64,000 nucleotides of DNA from contig CAVYSW010000010.1 in the NCBI GenBank assembly GCA_963771275.1, positions 320,001 through 384,000 on the forward strand, read 5' to 3'. Position 1 is the stretch's first letter, and each line of letters begins with the position of its first letter. The translations under genes were made by a program, and so were the position numbers. The stretch is from an uncultured Gemmatimonadales bacterium. Its GTDB lineage: Bacteria > Gemmatimonadota > Gemmatimonadetes > Gemmatimonadales > GWC2-71-9. The notes under the pieces are model-generated. The model saw only the letters and a program-made list of their open reading frames with translations. It had not been told where the DNA came from and did no database searches. Shown in pieces: positions 1 to 10,557 of the stretch.

Positions 1-1
1 C

Positions 2-2563
2 TACCTCGCCCGCGACCTCAAGCATGACCGCAAGGTCGCGCTCAAGGTGCTGCGGCCGGAGCTGGCGGCGGTGATCGGCGCCGAGCGGTTCCTGGCCGAG
101 ATCAAGACGACTGCAAATCTGCAACATCCTCACATCCTCCCATTGCACGACTCCGGGGAGGCGGGCGGCTCGGTGTTCTACGTCATGCCGTACGTCGAGG
201 GTGAGTCCTTGCGCGATCGGATCAGCCGCGAGAAGCAGCTGCCGGTGGACGAGGCTATCCGGCTGGCGCGGGAGGTCGCGAGCGCCCTCGACTATGCCCA
301 TCGCCACGGGGTGATCCACCGCGACATCAAGCCCGAGAACATCCTGGTGCACGATGGGCAGGCGCTCGTGGCCGATTTCGGGATCGCGCTCGCGGTGAGC
401 AGTGCCGGGGGGACGCGGATGACCGAGACGGGGATGAGTCTTGGGACGCCGCACTACATGAGTCCCGAGCAGGCCATGGGGGACCGAGAGCTCACCGCGC
501 GGAGCGACGTATACGCACTCGGCGCCACGCTCTACGAGATGCTGGTCGGCGAGCCGCCGTTCACCGGGCCGACCGCGCAGGCGATCGTCGCTCGGGTCAT
601 GACAGAGACGCCCCGGCCACTGCGCATTCAGCGCCACACGATTCCCGAGCACGTCGAGGCTGCCATCGCGACGGCGCTGGAGAAGCTGCCGGCTGACCGG
701 TTTGGCTCGGCCGCGGAGTTTGCCACGGCGCTGCAGGACAGCGGGGCGTCGGACCGACGGACCGACGCCACGGTCCGTGACCGCGAGCGGCCGGCTCCGC
801 CCCCGGTTCGCCGAGCCGTCTGGACCGTCGTGAGCGCCACGGCGATCGGGCTGCTCGGCGTGCTCGCCGCGTGGGGCTGGCTGCGGCGGCCGGCCGCGGC
901 GGCGGGCGACGTCGTCCGCGCGGTGCTCGAGCTACCCCGCGGCATGTCGCTCAGCTACCCGTCGCTCGCGCTCTCCCGGGACGGGAGTCGCATCGTGGTG
1001 GCCGGTGAGCAGAGCGGCGCGAGTTTGCTGCTCGAGCGATCGCTCGACGGTCTGGCGTTCACGGCGATCCCGGGCAGCGAGGACGGCAACCGGCAGTTCC
1101 TCTCGCCGGACGGCAAGTGGGTGGCGTTCGGAGCCGGCAAGACGCTGCGCAAGGTCCCGCTCGATGGCGGGCCCGCCGCGGACGTCGCCAGGAGCCCGTG
1201 GGCGGGAGGCGACTGGACGGAAGACGGCACGATCATCTACACGCCGGACTACCTCAGCGGGCTGTGGCGCGTGTCCGCCGGGGGCGGGACGCCGGATCGC
1301 CTGACCGCCCCCGATAGCGCGCAGGGTGAGTTGGCCCACTGGTGGCCCCAGGTCCTTCCGGACCACGACCACGTGTTGTTCACCGCGTTCCGGACACCGC
1401 TCGAGCGGGCACGCATCGAGGTCCTGTCCCTGAAGACCGGGCAACGCAAGGTGTTGTTGGAAGGTGGCGTGTCGGGGCGGTACGTGACGGCGGGCTATCT
1501 GCTCTACGCGAAGAACGAAGCGCTGTTCGCGGTGCCGTTCGACGTCGGACGATTGGCGCTGACCGGGCAGCCGGTGCCGGTGATCCAGGACGTCGCGATC
1601 GAAGCGCCGGACGGACGCGCCGGCTTCGCGGTGTCCGATAACGGCACCCTGGCCTACATCGCGGCTTCGACGTTCGTTCCGGACCTCGACCTCGTGTGGG
1701 TCACGCGCCGTGGGGAAGCCGGGGCACCGATTACCACGCCCGGTCGCTTCACTAATCCCGCACTCTCGCCGGACGGCCGGCGCGTCGCGCTGGCCATCGC
1801 CCGGCCCGGCGAGCCGAAGGACGTGTGGGTGCTGGACCTGACGCGCGGCACCCGCACACCGCTTACCTCCGGGGGCGCGAATGACTTCGCGCCGATGTTC
1901 ACCACGAAGGGTGACCACGTCATCTTCGAGTCGGAACGACCGGTCTTCGATCTGTATGAGCGACCGACGGACGGCAGCACGCCGGCGACCGCCCTCCTGA
2001 CCACCGCGTTCGACAAGCAACCAGGGAGCATCACGCCGGACGGTCACACCCTGCTGTTCGCACACAACCTGCTGCCCCACCAGCAGGTGTGGGCGCTGTC
2101 GCTCGGGGACAGCGGCGCCGCGAAGCCCGTGCTGGCATCGGATGCCGGCGACCTGGAGGCACCGCGGATCGCGCCGAACGGACGGTGGCTGGCCTACACG
2201 TCGACCGAATCGGGACGGACGGACGTCTACCTGAGCCCCTACCCCGACGTGACGCGCGCGCGCTGGCCGGTTTCCGCCGACGGGGGAGACGAGCCGCGCT
2301 GGACGCGTGGTGGGCGTGAGCTGGTCTACCGGAGCGGGCAGCGCATGATGGCGGTGACCGTGGATCCGGCCTCGGGTGGGCTCGGCCCGCCAGCCGAGTT
2401 GTTCCGCGGCCCGTACGTGACCAGCTCGGATGGACAGAGCTACGACGTCACGCCGGACGGCGAGCGGTTCCTCATGCTCCGCCGGCCGGCGGGCACTGAG
2501 CCCCGGCAGGTGATCGTGGTGACGAACTGGTTCCGCGAGCTTCGGCGGCTCGTGCCCCGATGA
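2..2563 (+). CDS. Ser/Thr protein kinase with TM segment and C-terminal PD40/TolB-like beta-propeller (5' end lies before the window); K1
   Basis: Frame open from base 2 (YLARDLKHDRKVALKVL); HRDIKPEN, DFG and GTPHYMSPE motifs; one hydrophobic helix; repeated SPDG/W blades. Confidence 0.93.
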   Translation, partial: YLARDLKHDRKVALKVLRPELAAVIGAERFLAEIKTTANLQHPHILPLHDSGEAGGSVFYVMPYVEGESLRDRISREKQLPVDEAIRLAREVASALDYAHRHGVIHRDIKPENILVHDGQALVADFGIALAVSSAGGTRMTETGMSLGTPHYMSPEQAMGDRELTARSDVYALGATLYEMLVGEPPFTGPTAQAIVARVMTETPRPLRIQRHTIPEHVEAAIATALEKLPADRFGSAAEFATALQDSGASDRRTDATVRDRERPAPPPVRRAVWTVVSATAIGLLGVLAAWGWLRRPAAAAGDVVRAVLELPRGMSLSYPSLALSRDGSRIVVAGEQSGASLLLERSLDGLAFTAIPGSEDGNRQFLSPDGKWVAFGAGKTLRKVPLDGGPAADVARSPWAGGDWTEDGTIIYTPDYLSGLWRVSAGGGTPDRLTAPDSAQGELAHWWPQVLPDHDHVLFTAFRTPLERARIEVLSLKTGQRKVLLEGGVSGRYVTAGYLLYAKNEALFAVPFDVGRLALTGQPVPVIQDVAIEAPDGRAGFAVSDNGTLAYIAASTFVPDLDLVWVTRRGEAGAPITTPGRFTNPALSPDGRRVALAIARPGEPKDVWVLDLTRGTRTPLTSGGANDFAPMFTTKGDHVIFESERPVFDLYERPTDGSTPATALLTTAFDKQPGSITPDGHTLLFAHNLLPHQQVWALSLGDSGAAKPVLASDAGDLEAPRIAPNGRWLAYTSTESGRTDVYLSPYPDVTRARWPVSADGGDEPRWTRGGRELVYRSGQRMMAVTVDPASGGLGPPAELFRGPYVTSSDGQSYDVTPDGERFLMLRRPAGTEPRQVIVVTNWFRELRRLVPR

Positions 2564-2644
2564 GCCGGCCACACGAGGACGTGGACGAGGTCGAGGCGCG
2601 CCGCGGGGCGGCGCGGTGACCGGCGCGGTGCCGATGGGGGGGCG

Positions 2645-4900
2645 ATGAGTGAGGTCACGGAGCGCCTGACGCACGCGCTCGACGGTCGCTACGCGATCGG
2701 GCGGGAGCTGGGCCAGGGCGGCATGGCGGTGGTCTACTTGGCGCGCGATCTGCGGCATGACCGCGACGTGGCGCTCAAGGTCCTCCGGCCCGACATCGCG
2801 TCGGAGATCGGCGCGGAGCGGTTTCTCCGCGAGATCAAGCTGGCCGCCCGGCTGACCCATCCCCACATCCTGCCGCTGTACGACTCGGGCGACGCGGACG
2901 GGCTGCTGTTCTACGTGATGCCCAACATGGAGGGCAGCTCGCTGCGCGAGCGGATGGACCGGGAGCGCCAGCTGCCGCTGACGGACGCGCTGGTGATCAC
3001 GCGCGAGGTGGCCTCGGCGCTGGACTATGCGCACCGGCACGGGGTGGTGCATCGCGACGTGAAGCCGGAGAACATCCTGCTGCACGAGGGCGCCGCGATG
3101 GTCGCCGACTTCGGGATCGGCAAGGCGTTGAGCGCCCAGGGCGGGGCGATCACGCAGACCGGGATCGCGGTCGGCACGCCCGCGTACATGAGCCCCGAGC
3201 AGGCCTCGGGCGAGACCGACGTGGACGGCCGCAGCGATCTCTACAGCCTGGGGTGCGTGCTGTACGAGATGCTGGCGGGCGAGCAGCCATTCACGGGCCC
3301 TACGGCGCAGGCCGTGATCACGAAGCGGTTCGTGGCCCCGATTCCCAAGGTGAGCCACAGCCGTGACGTGCCCGACGGCGTGGACCAGACGGTGACCCGC
3401 GCGCTGGCGCGGACGCCGGTGGATCGGTTCGCCTCGGCGGCCGAGTTCGTCGCGGCGCTCGATCTGATCCGGGCCGAGGGTGGCGCCACGCCGCCCGGCG
3501 GGCGGCCGTCGACGCCGCCGGCGCCCCGGAAGTCGATCGCGGTGCTGCCGTTCACCAACATGAGCGCCGATCCGGAGAACGAGTACTTCAGTGATGGCAT
3601 GACCGAGGAGATCATCAACGTTCTGGCCAAGGTGCCGGGGATGCAGGTGGCGTCACGGACCTCTGCGTTCGCGTTCAAGGGCAAGGAGATGGACGTGCGG
3701 CACGTCGGGGAGAAGCTCGGCGTGGGGTCGGTGCTCGAAGGCAGCGTGCGGAAGGTCGGCAATCGCATCCGGATCAGCGCGGAGTTGATCGACGTGGCGA
3801 CCGGGTACCACCTGTGGTCCGAGAAGTACGATCGGCAGCTGGAAGACGTGTTCGCGGTGCAGGACGAGATCGCGCGGGCGATCGTCGACGCCCTCAAGAT
3901 CCGCCTGGGTGGCGACACCGCCGTCCGGCTGGTGGTCCCCGCCACCGAGAACGTCGAAGCGTACACCCTGTACCTCAAGGGGCGGTTCTTCGTGAACCGG
4001 CTGTCCGAGCCGGAGGTGCGTCGCGGCCTGGACTTCTTCCAGCGGGCGTTGGCAACCGATCCGCAATACGCGCAGGCGCACGCGGGGATCGCGGACTGCT
4101 GGTGCAATCTCGCGGACAACTGGGTGGAGCCGGGCGAGGCGTATCCGCGGGCCAAAGCGGCGGCGGAGCAGGCGCTGGCCCTCGATCCGGACCTTGCCGA
4201 GGCGCTGACGTCGATCGGCAAGGTGCGCGGCTGGTACGAATGGGACTTCGCCGGCGCCGAGGAGGTGCTGCGGCGGGCCGTGCAGATCAACCCCAACTAC
4301 GCCGAGGCGCACTTCGTGTTCGGCAGCGCGCTGCCGTCGGTCGGCAAGCTCGACGAGGCCATCGGCGAGATGCGGCAGGCGCTCGTGGTCGACCCGCTGT
4401 CGGCGCACTTCAGTCGCTGGCTCGGCCGGTTCCACCTCTATGCCCGGGACTATGACCGTGCCATCGCCCAGAGCCGGAAGACGATGGAAATGGCCCCCGA
4501 GTATTCCCTGTCGTACCTCGACATGGGCGCGGCCCACCTCGCCAAGGGGGAACCCGAGGCGGCGTTGAAGCACTTCCAGCACGGCCAGTCCCTCAAGGCG
4601 GCGATCCGGTCGTACGACGCGCTGATCGTGCGTGCGCTCGCCGCGCTGGGACAGCGCGAAGAGGCGGACGCGATCATGGAACGGCTGGAGGACGAGGCGA
4701 AGCAGCAGTACGTCCGCCAGGAGGTCCTGGCGGTGGGATACGCGGCGCTGGGCGACGTGGACCGGGCGTTCGCCTGCCTGGACCGCGCGCTGGCGGAGCG
4801 CTCGGCCGGACTGGTGTATGTGCACATCGACCCGGGCTTTGATCCGTTGCGCGCCGAGCCGCGGTACGCGGCGCTGGTGGGACGGGTGGGGGTGAAATGA
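2645..4900 (+). CDS. Ser/Thr protein kinase with TolB-N-like (SIAVLPF) domain and TPR repeats; K2
   Basis: GQGGMA, HRDVKPEN, DFG, GTPAYMSPE; KSIAVLPFTNMSADPENEYFSDG; TPR-like repeats; no TM segment seen. Confidence 0.93.
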   Translation: MSEVTERLTHALDGRYAIGRELGQGGMAVVYLARDLRHDRDVALKVLRPDIASEIGAERFLREIKLAARLTHPHILPLYDSGDADGLLFYVMPNMEGSSLRERMDRERQLPLTDALVITREVASALDYAHRHGVVHRDVKPENILLHEGAAMVADFGIGKALSAQGGAITQTGIAVGTPAYMSPEQASGETDVDGRSDLYSLGCVLYEMLAGEQPFTGPTAQAVITKRFVAPIPKVSHSRDVPDGVDQTVTRALARTPVDRFASAAEFVAALDLIRAEGGATPPGGRPSTPPAPRKSIAVLPFTNMSADPENEYFSDGMTEEIINVLAKVPGMQVASRTSAFAFKGKEMDVRHVGEKLGVGSVLEGSVRKVGNRIRISAELIDVATGYHLWSEKYDRQLEDVFAVQDEIARAIVDALKIRLGGDTAVRLVVPATENVEAYTLYLKGRFFVNRLSEPEVRRGLDFFQRALATDPQYAQAHAGIADCWCNLADNWVEPGEAYPRAKAAAEQALALDPDLAEALTSIGKVRGWYEWDFAGAEEVLRRAVQINPNYAEAHFVFGSALPSVGKLDEAIGEMRQALVVDPLSAHFSRWLGRFHLYARDYDRAIAQSRKTMEMAPEYSLSYLDMGAAHLAKGEPEAALKHFQHGQSLKAAIRSYDALIVRALAALGQREEADAIMERLEDEAKQQYVRQEVLAVGYAALGDVDRAFACLDRALAERSAGLVYVHIDPGFDPLRAEPRYAALVGRVGVK

Positions 4901-4913
4901 GGGAACGACCATC

Positions 4914-4994
4914 GTGTAGGGTGCAGCGTCCAGCGTGCAGCGGACCTGTCCGCCCGGTGGAGACCCGCTGCGCCTTGCACGCTGCGCCCTGCAA
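4914..4994. repeat. Inverted array of heptamer repeats (GTGCAGC-like x4 / GCTGCAC-like x4) able to form a hairpin
   Basis: gtgtagg-gtgcagc-gtccagc-gtgcagc ... gctgcgc-cttgcac-gctgcgc-cctgcaa. Confidence 0.75.
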
Positions 4995-5008
4995 GCGGAT
5001 GGCATCGC

Positions 5009-7642
5009 ATGCCTGACCCGGTGAGCCGGCTCTCCACCGCCCTTGGGGATCGCTACGTCATCGAGCGCGAGCTCGGCGCGGGCGGCATGGCGACGGTCTA
5101 CCTGGCGCAGGACGTGAAGCACGACCGCAAGGTCGCGCTCAAGGTCTTGAAGCCCGAGCTCGCCGCCGTCCTGGGCGCCGAGCGGTTCGTGGTGGAGATC
5201 AAGACCACCGCGAGCCTGCAACATCCGCACATCCTGCCGCTGTTCGACTCTGGGAGCGCCGGCGGCTTCCTCTACTACGTCATGCCCTACGTCGAGGGCG
5301 AGACCCTCCGCGACAAACTCAACCGGGAGACCCAGTTCGGCATCGAGGAGGCGGTGCGGATCACGACGGAGGTGGCGGATGCGCTGGACTACGCCCACCG
5401 CCACGGCGTGATCCACCGCGACATCAAACCCGAGAACATCCTGCTGCACGACGGCCGCCCGATGGTGGCGGATTTCGGGATCGCGCTGGCGGTGAGCGCC
5501 GCGGCCGGCGGCCGGATGACGGAGACGGGGCTCTCGCTCGGCACGCCGCACTACATGTCCCCCGAGCAGGCGACCGCCGAGAAGGAGCTGACGAACCGGG
5601 CGGACATCTACTCGCTGGGCAGCGTGCTGTACGAGATGCTCGCGGGGAATCCACCACACGTGGGGGCCTCGGCGCAGCAGATCATCATGAAGATCGTGAC
5701 GGAGGAGGCTGCGCCGGTCACGAATGTGCGGAAATCGGTGCCACCGAACGTGGCGGCGGCGGTCGCCAAGGCGCTTGAGAAGCTGCCCGCCGACCGGTTC
5801 GACACGGCGAAGGCGTTCGCCGAAGCGCTGACCAACGCGTCGTTCGCGGCGCCGGCCGCCGCGACGGCGGCGTCACCGGGCGCGCGGCGTCGGGACTGGC
5901 GGCCCTGGGCGGTCGCGGTCGGTCTTGGGGTGGCGGGCGTCGTCGTGGGGCGCCTGATGGTGGGCCGGGAAGGCCCCGCGCCGATCGTGGCGCGCTTCCG
6001 GGTGCCGGTGGACGCCGAGCGCGGGCTCACCGGCGCGCCGGTGAACACGCTCGCGCTCTCGCCCGACGGCCGTAGCGTCGTCTATGTGGGTCGTGCCGGC
6101 GGGGGCGCGTCGTACCAGCTCTACGAGCGGCGGCTGAGCGAGCTCGATGCGTTCCGGCCGATCGCGGGCACCGAGGGCGGGGCCTTCCCTGCGTTCTCCC
6201 CCGACGGTACGCGTCTGGCGTACGTCGGCGCCACGGGCGTGCAGGTCGTGCGTGTGCCGTTCACCGGCGCTCCGCCCACCCCGGTGGCCGCGAACGCCCT
6301 GGCCACCGCGGGGGTGTTCTGGCTCGATGACGCCACTTTGGTCGCGACCGACGCGCATGGCGGTATCCTGCGCGCCGGGCTCGACGGCACCTTGGCCTCG
6401 ATCGCCACGCCGGATACGGCGGCCCGGGAGCGGAATCTGTACGTGCAGACGACGCTGCCGGACCGGCATACGCTGCTCATGATCGTGTCCACCGGCACCG
6501 GTACCGATGGTCCCGTGGTCGCCCTGGACGTCCGCAACGGCACGCGCGCCACGGTCCTCGAGACGGCGGTCACCGCGGTCTGGTACGCGGACGGCTACCT
6601 GTTGTGGAGCCTGGCGAATGGCGCGCTCCAGGCCGCCCCGTTCGATGCCCGCCGCCATCGGGTGTCGGGCTCGGCGGTGACCCTGGCGGAGGGCGTGCGG
6701 CAGGCGATTGGCGGCGGTGGGCAGGTGGCGGTCTCGGCATCGGGCACGCTGGCGTACCTGCCGGAGCAGCCGTTCACCCTCATGCTCCTCGATCGGAGCG
6801 GTCGGCGCGAGGTCGCGGCCGAGGGGCACCGCTTTCACAGCCCGCGGCTCTCGCCCGACGGCCGGCACCTCGCCATGGACTTCATCCAGCAGGGGTCGCG
6901 GGACGTCTGGACGCTCGATCTCCGCCAGCGCACGCTCTCGCGGCTGTCGTTCGAGAATGACGGTCATGATCCGGTGTGGTCACGCGACGGGCGCTGGGTG
7001 TACTACGTGCACGCCACCGGCATCTGGCGGCGCCGCGCCGACGGCGCGGGTGGCGCCGACTCGGTGTACCAGGGTGCCTACAGCCAGGCGCTCGAGCTGG
7101 CGCCGGACGGTGCGATCATCGGTGCCGCCACGGGCACCAATGGCCTGTACGACCTGGTAGAGGTGTCGGCCGACACGCCGCACGTCCGGACGCCCCTCTT
7201 GGAGACGCCCTACACCGAGGAGGGCGCCACCCTGTCGCCGAACGGGCGCTGGCTGGCGTATTCGAGCGACGAGACGGGCCGTAACGAGATCTATGTGCGC
7301 CCCTATCCCGCCGGCGGTGCCAAGGTGCTCGTGTCACAGGGGGGCGGCATCGAGCCGCGGTGGAGCCCGGACGGACGCTCGCTCTACTACCAGAGCGAGC
7401 ACGACGGGGTGCCGTATCTGTTCGCGGCCGGCGTCGCCACCAGTCCCGACTTCGCGGTCACGAGCCGTACGCCGCTGTTCGACATCTCCCAGTTCGAGCC
7501 GGCCGAGCCGCACGCCAACTGGGATGTCTCGCCCGACGGCACCCGGTTCGTCATGGTGCACCAGGGGGCGCTCATCGAGATGATCTTCGTCCTGAACTGG
7601 CCCGAGGAGGTACGGCGCCAGAACGGCGCTGGCTCGCGATGA
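5009..7642 (+). CDS. Ser/Thr protein kinase, TM, PD40 beta-propeller; K3
   Basis: GAGGMA, VALKVL, HRDIKPEN, DFG, GTPHYMSPE; SPDG repeats. Confidence 0.94.
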   Translation: MPDPVSRLSTALGDRYVIERELGAGGMATVYLAQDVKHDRKVALKVLKPELAAVLGAERFVVEIKTTASLQHPHILPLFDSGSAGGFLYYVMPYVEGETLRDKLNRETQFGIEEAVRITTEVADALDYAHRHGVIHRDIKPENILLHDGRPMVADFGIALAVSAAAGGRMTETGLSLGTPHYMSPEQATAEKELTNRADIYSLGSVLYEMLAGNPPHVGASAQQIIMKIVTEEAAPVTNVRKSVPPNVAAAVAKALEKLPADRFDTAKAFAEALTNASFAAPAAATAASPGARRRDWRPWAVAVGLGVAGVVVGRLMVGREGPAPIVARFRVPVDAERGLTGAPVNTLALSPDGRSVVYVGRAGGGASYQLYERRLSELDAFRPIAGTEGGAFPAFSPDGTRLAYVGATGVQVVRVPFTGAPPTPVAANALATAGVFWLDDATLVATDAHGGILRAGLDGTLASIATPDTAARERNLYVQTTLPDRHTLLMIVSTGTGTDGPVVALDVRNGTRATVLETAVTAVWYADGYLLWSLANGALQAAPFDARRHRVSGSAVTLAEGVRQAIGGGGQVAVSASGTLAYLPEQPFTLMLLDRSGRREVAAEGHRFHSPRLSPDGRHLAMDFIQQGSRDVWTLDLRQRTLSRLSFENDGHDPVWSRDGRWVYYVHATGIWRRRADGAGGADSVYQGAYSQALELAPDGAIIGAATGTNGLYDLVEVSADTPHVRTPLLETPYTEEGATLSPNGRWLAYSSDETGRNEIYVRPYPAGGAKVLVSQGGGIEPRWSPDGRSLYYQSEHDGVPYLFAAGVATSPDFAVTSRTPLFDISQFEPAEPHANWDVSPDGTRFVMVHQGALIEMIFVLNWPEEVRRQNGAGSR

Positions 7643-7770
7643 GTGAGATCCTCGGACGCCTGAGCGGGGCGCTCGCGAACCGGTACGCCATCGAGCGGGA
7701 GCTCGGGCAGGGTGGCATGGCCACGGTGTCCCTGGCCGACGCGTGGGTGATGAACCTGGTACCCCAATGA
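7639..7770 (+). pseudogene. Truncated kinase N-terminus (43 aa remnant)
   Basis: MSEILGRLSGALANRYAIERELGQGGMATVSLADAWVMNLVPQ* matches the first ~33 residues of the neighbouring kinases; ATGA overlaps at both ends. Confidence 0.8.
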
Positions 7771-10463
7771 CCGACATCACCCGCCTCACCACGGCCCTCG
7801 CCGATCGCTACCGCATCGAGCGCGAGCTCGGCCAGGGCGGCATGGCCACCGTCTACCTGGCCCACGACGTGCGGCACGACCGCAAGGTCGCACTCAAGGT
7901 GCTCCGGCCCGAATTGGCGGCGGTGATCGGGGCCGAGCGATTCCTGGTCGAGATCAAGACGACGGCCAACCTGCAGCACCCGCACATCCTCCCGTTGCAC
8001 GACTCGGGCGAGGCCGACGGGACGGTGTTCTACGTCATGCCGTACGTCGAGGGCGAGAGCCTGAGGGACCGCCTCACGCGCGAGCGCCAGCTGCCGGTGG
8101 ACGACGCCGTCCGCATCGCACGCGAGGTGGCCGACGCGCTGGACTACGCGCACCGCCACGGCGTGATCCACCGGGACATCAAGCCCGAGAACATTCTGCT
8201 GCACGACGGCCGCGCGCTGGTCGCCGACTTCGGGATCGCGCTGGCGGTGTCGCGCTCGGACGGCGGCACCCGGATGACCGAGACCGGGATGTCGCTCGGC
8301 ACGCCGCATTACATGAGTCCCGAGCAGGCGATGGGGGAGCGCGAGATCACGGCCAAGAGCGACGTGTATGCGCTGGGGTGTGTGTTGTATGAGATGCTCG
8401 CCGGCGAGCCACCGTTCGCGGGGCCCACGGCCCAGGCCGTCATTGCGCGGGTGCTGACCGAGGAGCCGCGCGGCCTCACGCTCCAGCGCCGCACCATCCC
8501 GCCGCACGTCGACGCTGCGGTGTTGAAGGCGCTGGCCAAGCTCCCTGCCGATCGGTACAGCGGCGCGGCCGAGTTCGGCGCGGCACTCGCCACCCCCCAG
8601 TTCGTCGCGTCGGCCGGGACCGGGACGCTCGGCACGGCCACTCGTACCGCCATGCCGCCGTACCGCCTCTCCGTCGCAACCATCGTTTTCGCCGCCATCG
8701 CCATCCTGGCCGCCGCCCTCGCCGCCTGGGGCTGGCTCCGCGTGCGGGCTGCCGAGCATCCGCCGGCGACGTGGCAGTACATCTCACTCGGCGACAGCGT
8801 CACGGTGGCGCTGGACTACCCGGCGATGGCGGTCTCACCTGACGGCTCCACGCTGGTGTTCAAGGACCGGCGGCAAAACAGCCTGCTCTGGATCAAGCAG
8901 CGGGGCCAGCTCGACCCCACGCCGATTCCGAGCACGGAGCGCGCGCAGAACCCAATCTTCTCACCAGACGGCGAGTGGATTGCCTTCGTGGCCGACCAAC
9001 GCCTCAAGAAGGTGCGTCGGACCGGCGGCGCCACCGTGACCATCGCCGACTCCGTGGCCAACGGGTTCGGCGGGGCGGCATGGCTGGACGACGGCACGCT
9101 CGTATACATGACGCAAACGCTCCTGACGCTGCGACGCGTAAGTGCCAGCGGGGGATCGAGCACGGTCGCCTTGACCGCGCTGCTGGATAGCGCGCTGGGC
9201 GGCGGGGGCATCGGTCATCCCGTGCCGTTGCCCGGCGCGCGCGGCGTGCTCTTCCAGGTTTGCTCCTCGGGCTGTGTCACCATGAGCATCCACGTCCTGG
9301 ACCTGCGCACGGGGGTCCAGAAGGCGTTGCTGGACGACGTGGCACAGGCCTGGTACTTGCCCAACGGTCGCTTGCTCTACGTGCGGCGTGACGGGGTGGC
9401 GATGGCCGCGCCGTTCGATCTCGACCGCCTGGAGATCACCGGAGAAGCCGTGCCGGTCCTCGAAGGCGTCGAGGTACAGCTCAGCCAGGCCTACGCGATG
9501 CTCGACTGGTCGCCGTCCGGCTCCCTGGTCTACGTCCATGGAACCGGCACCTCCACCGATGTCTCGTTCGTTCGGGTGAGCCGCGACGGTCTGATCGCAC
9601 CGATCGATACCGCGTGGTACGGACAATTCAACTCGCTCTCGGTCTCGCCGGACGGGAGGCGCCTGGCCGTCGGCGTCGGATTGGGAGGCGGGCTCAACAT
9701 CTGGGTCAAGCAGCTGGACCACGGTCCCTTCACGCGGCTCACGTTTAGCAACCAGGACCGCCGGCCGGCCTGGTCACCCGACGGGAAGCTCGTGGCCTTC
9801 GTGCGTGACAGCGCCGGCACCAGCGCCGTGTACGCCCGTCCCGCAGATGGGAGCGGACCCGACCGCCCGCTGGCCCGCATCGATCGTATGGTGCAGGAGA
9901 TCGCGTGGTCGCCGGACGGCGGCTGGCTCGTGCTCCGCACGGACAACACCATGGCCGGCGCGGGTGACCTCGTTGCCGTGCGCACGCGCGGCGACGCGAC
10001 GCCCGTTCCGCTGGTGGCGAGCAGCTTCACCGAGCTGCAACCCGCCATCTCGCCCGACGGGCGTTGGCTCGCGTACACCTCCAACGAATCCGGCACGAAC
10101 GAGGTCTATGTCCGCCCATTCCCGAATGCGAATGACGGCCACTGGCAGGTCTCGAACGGTGGCGGTGAATCGCCCAGATGGGCGCCCTCGGGACGCGAGC
10201 TGTTCTATCTGAACCGCGAAGGCCGCCTCATCGCCGCCGAGGTACAGCCGACAACCACGACGTTCGCCGTGGGCCGTCTCATGCCCTTGTTCGACGCGTC
10301 CGCGTTCTTGAATGACGGCTTCCATCAGGGATACGATGTGACGCCGGACGGCCGATCCTTCATCTTCCTGAGCCCGCGCGGGGGCACCGCGACCAACATG
10401 GCGCCGCAGATCGTGTGGGTGGATCATTGGTTCACGGATCTCGCGGCGCGGTTGAGGCAATGA
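7767..10463 (+). CDS. Ser/Thr protein kinase, TM, PD40 beta-propeller; K4
   Basis: Start MTDITRL aligned with paralogs; full Hanks motifs; SPDG repeats. Confidence 0.94.
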   Translation: MTDITRLTTALADRYRIERELGQGGMATVYLAHDVRHDRKVALKVLRPELAAVIGAERFLVEIKTTANLQHPHILPLHDSGEADGTVFYVMPYVEGESLRDRLTRERQLPVDDAVRIAREVADALDYAHRHGVIHRDIKPENILLHDGRALVADFGIALAVSRSDGGTRMTETGMSLGTPHYMSPEQAMGEREITAKSDVYALGCVLYEMLAGEPPFAGPTAQAVIARVLTEEPRGLTLQRRTIPPHVDAAVLKALAKLPADRYSGAAEFGAALATPQFVASAGTGTLGTATRTAMPPYRLSVATIVFAAIAILAAALAAWGWLRVRAAEHPPATWQYISLGDSVTVALDYPAMAVSPDGSTLVFKDRRQNSLLWIKQRGQLDPTPIPSTERAQNPIFSPDGEWIAFVADQRLKKVRRTGGATVTIADSVANGFGGAAWLDDGTLVYMTQTLLTLRRVSASGGSSTVALTALLDSALGGGGIGHPVPLPGARGVLFQVCSSGCVTMSIHVLDLRTGVQKALLDDVAQAWYLPNGRLLYVRRDGVAMAAPFDLDRLEITGEAVPVLEGVEVQLSQAYAMLDWSPSGSLVYVHGTGTSTDVSFVRVSRDGLIAPIDTAWYGQFNSLSVSPDGRRLAVGVGLGGGLNIWVKQLDHGPFTRLTFSNQDRRPAWSPDGKLVAFVRDSAGTSAVYARPADGSGPDRPLARIDRMVQEIAWSPDGGWLVLRTDNTMAGAGDLVAVRTRGDATPVPLVASSFTELQPAISPDGRWLAYTSNESGTNEVYVRPFPNANDGHWQVSNGGGESPRWAPSGRELFYLNREGRLIAAEVQPTTTTFAVGRLMPLFDASAFLNDGFHQGYDVTPDGRSFIFLSPRGGTATNMAPQIVWVDHWFTDLAARLRQ

Positions 10464-10541
10464 GCGTGCTGCGTGCCGCGCGCACCGTGCAGCGTGACCG
10501 CCGAGGATGGGTAGTCACGCTGGACGCTGGACGCTGGACCC
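10464..10541. repeat. Inverted heptamer array (GCGTGCN / TGGACGC) hairpin
   Basis: gcgtgct-gcgtgcc-gcgcgca-ccgtgca-gcgtgac ... gtcacgc-tggacgc-tggacgc-tggaccc. Confidence 0.7.
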
Positions 10542-10557
10542 CACTCGGCGAAGCCCC

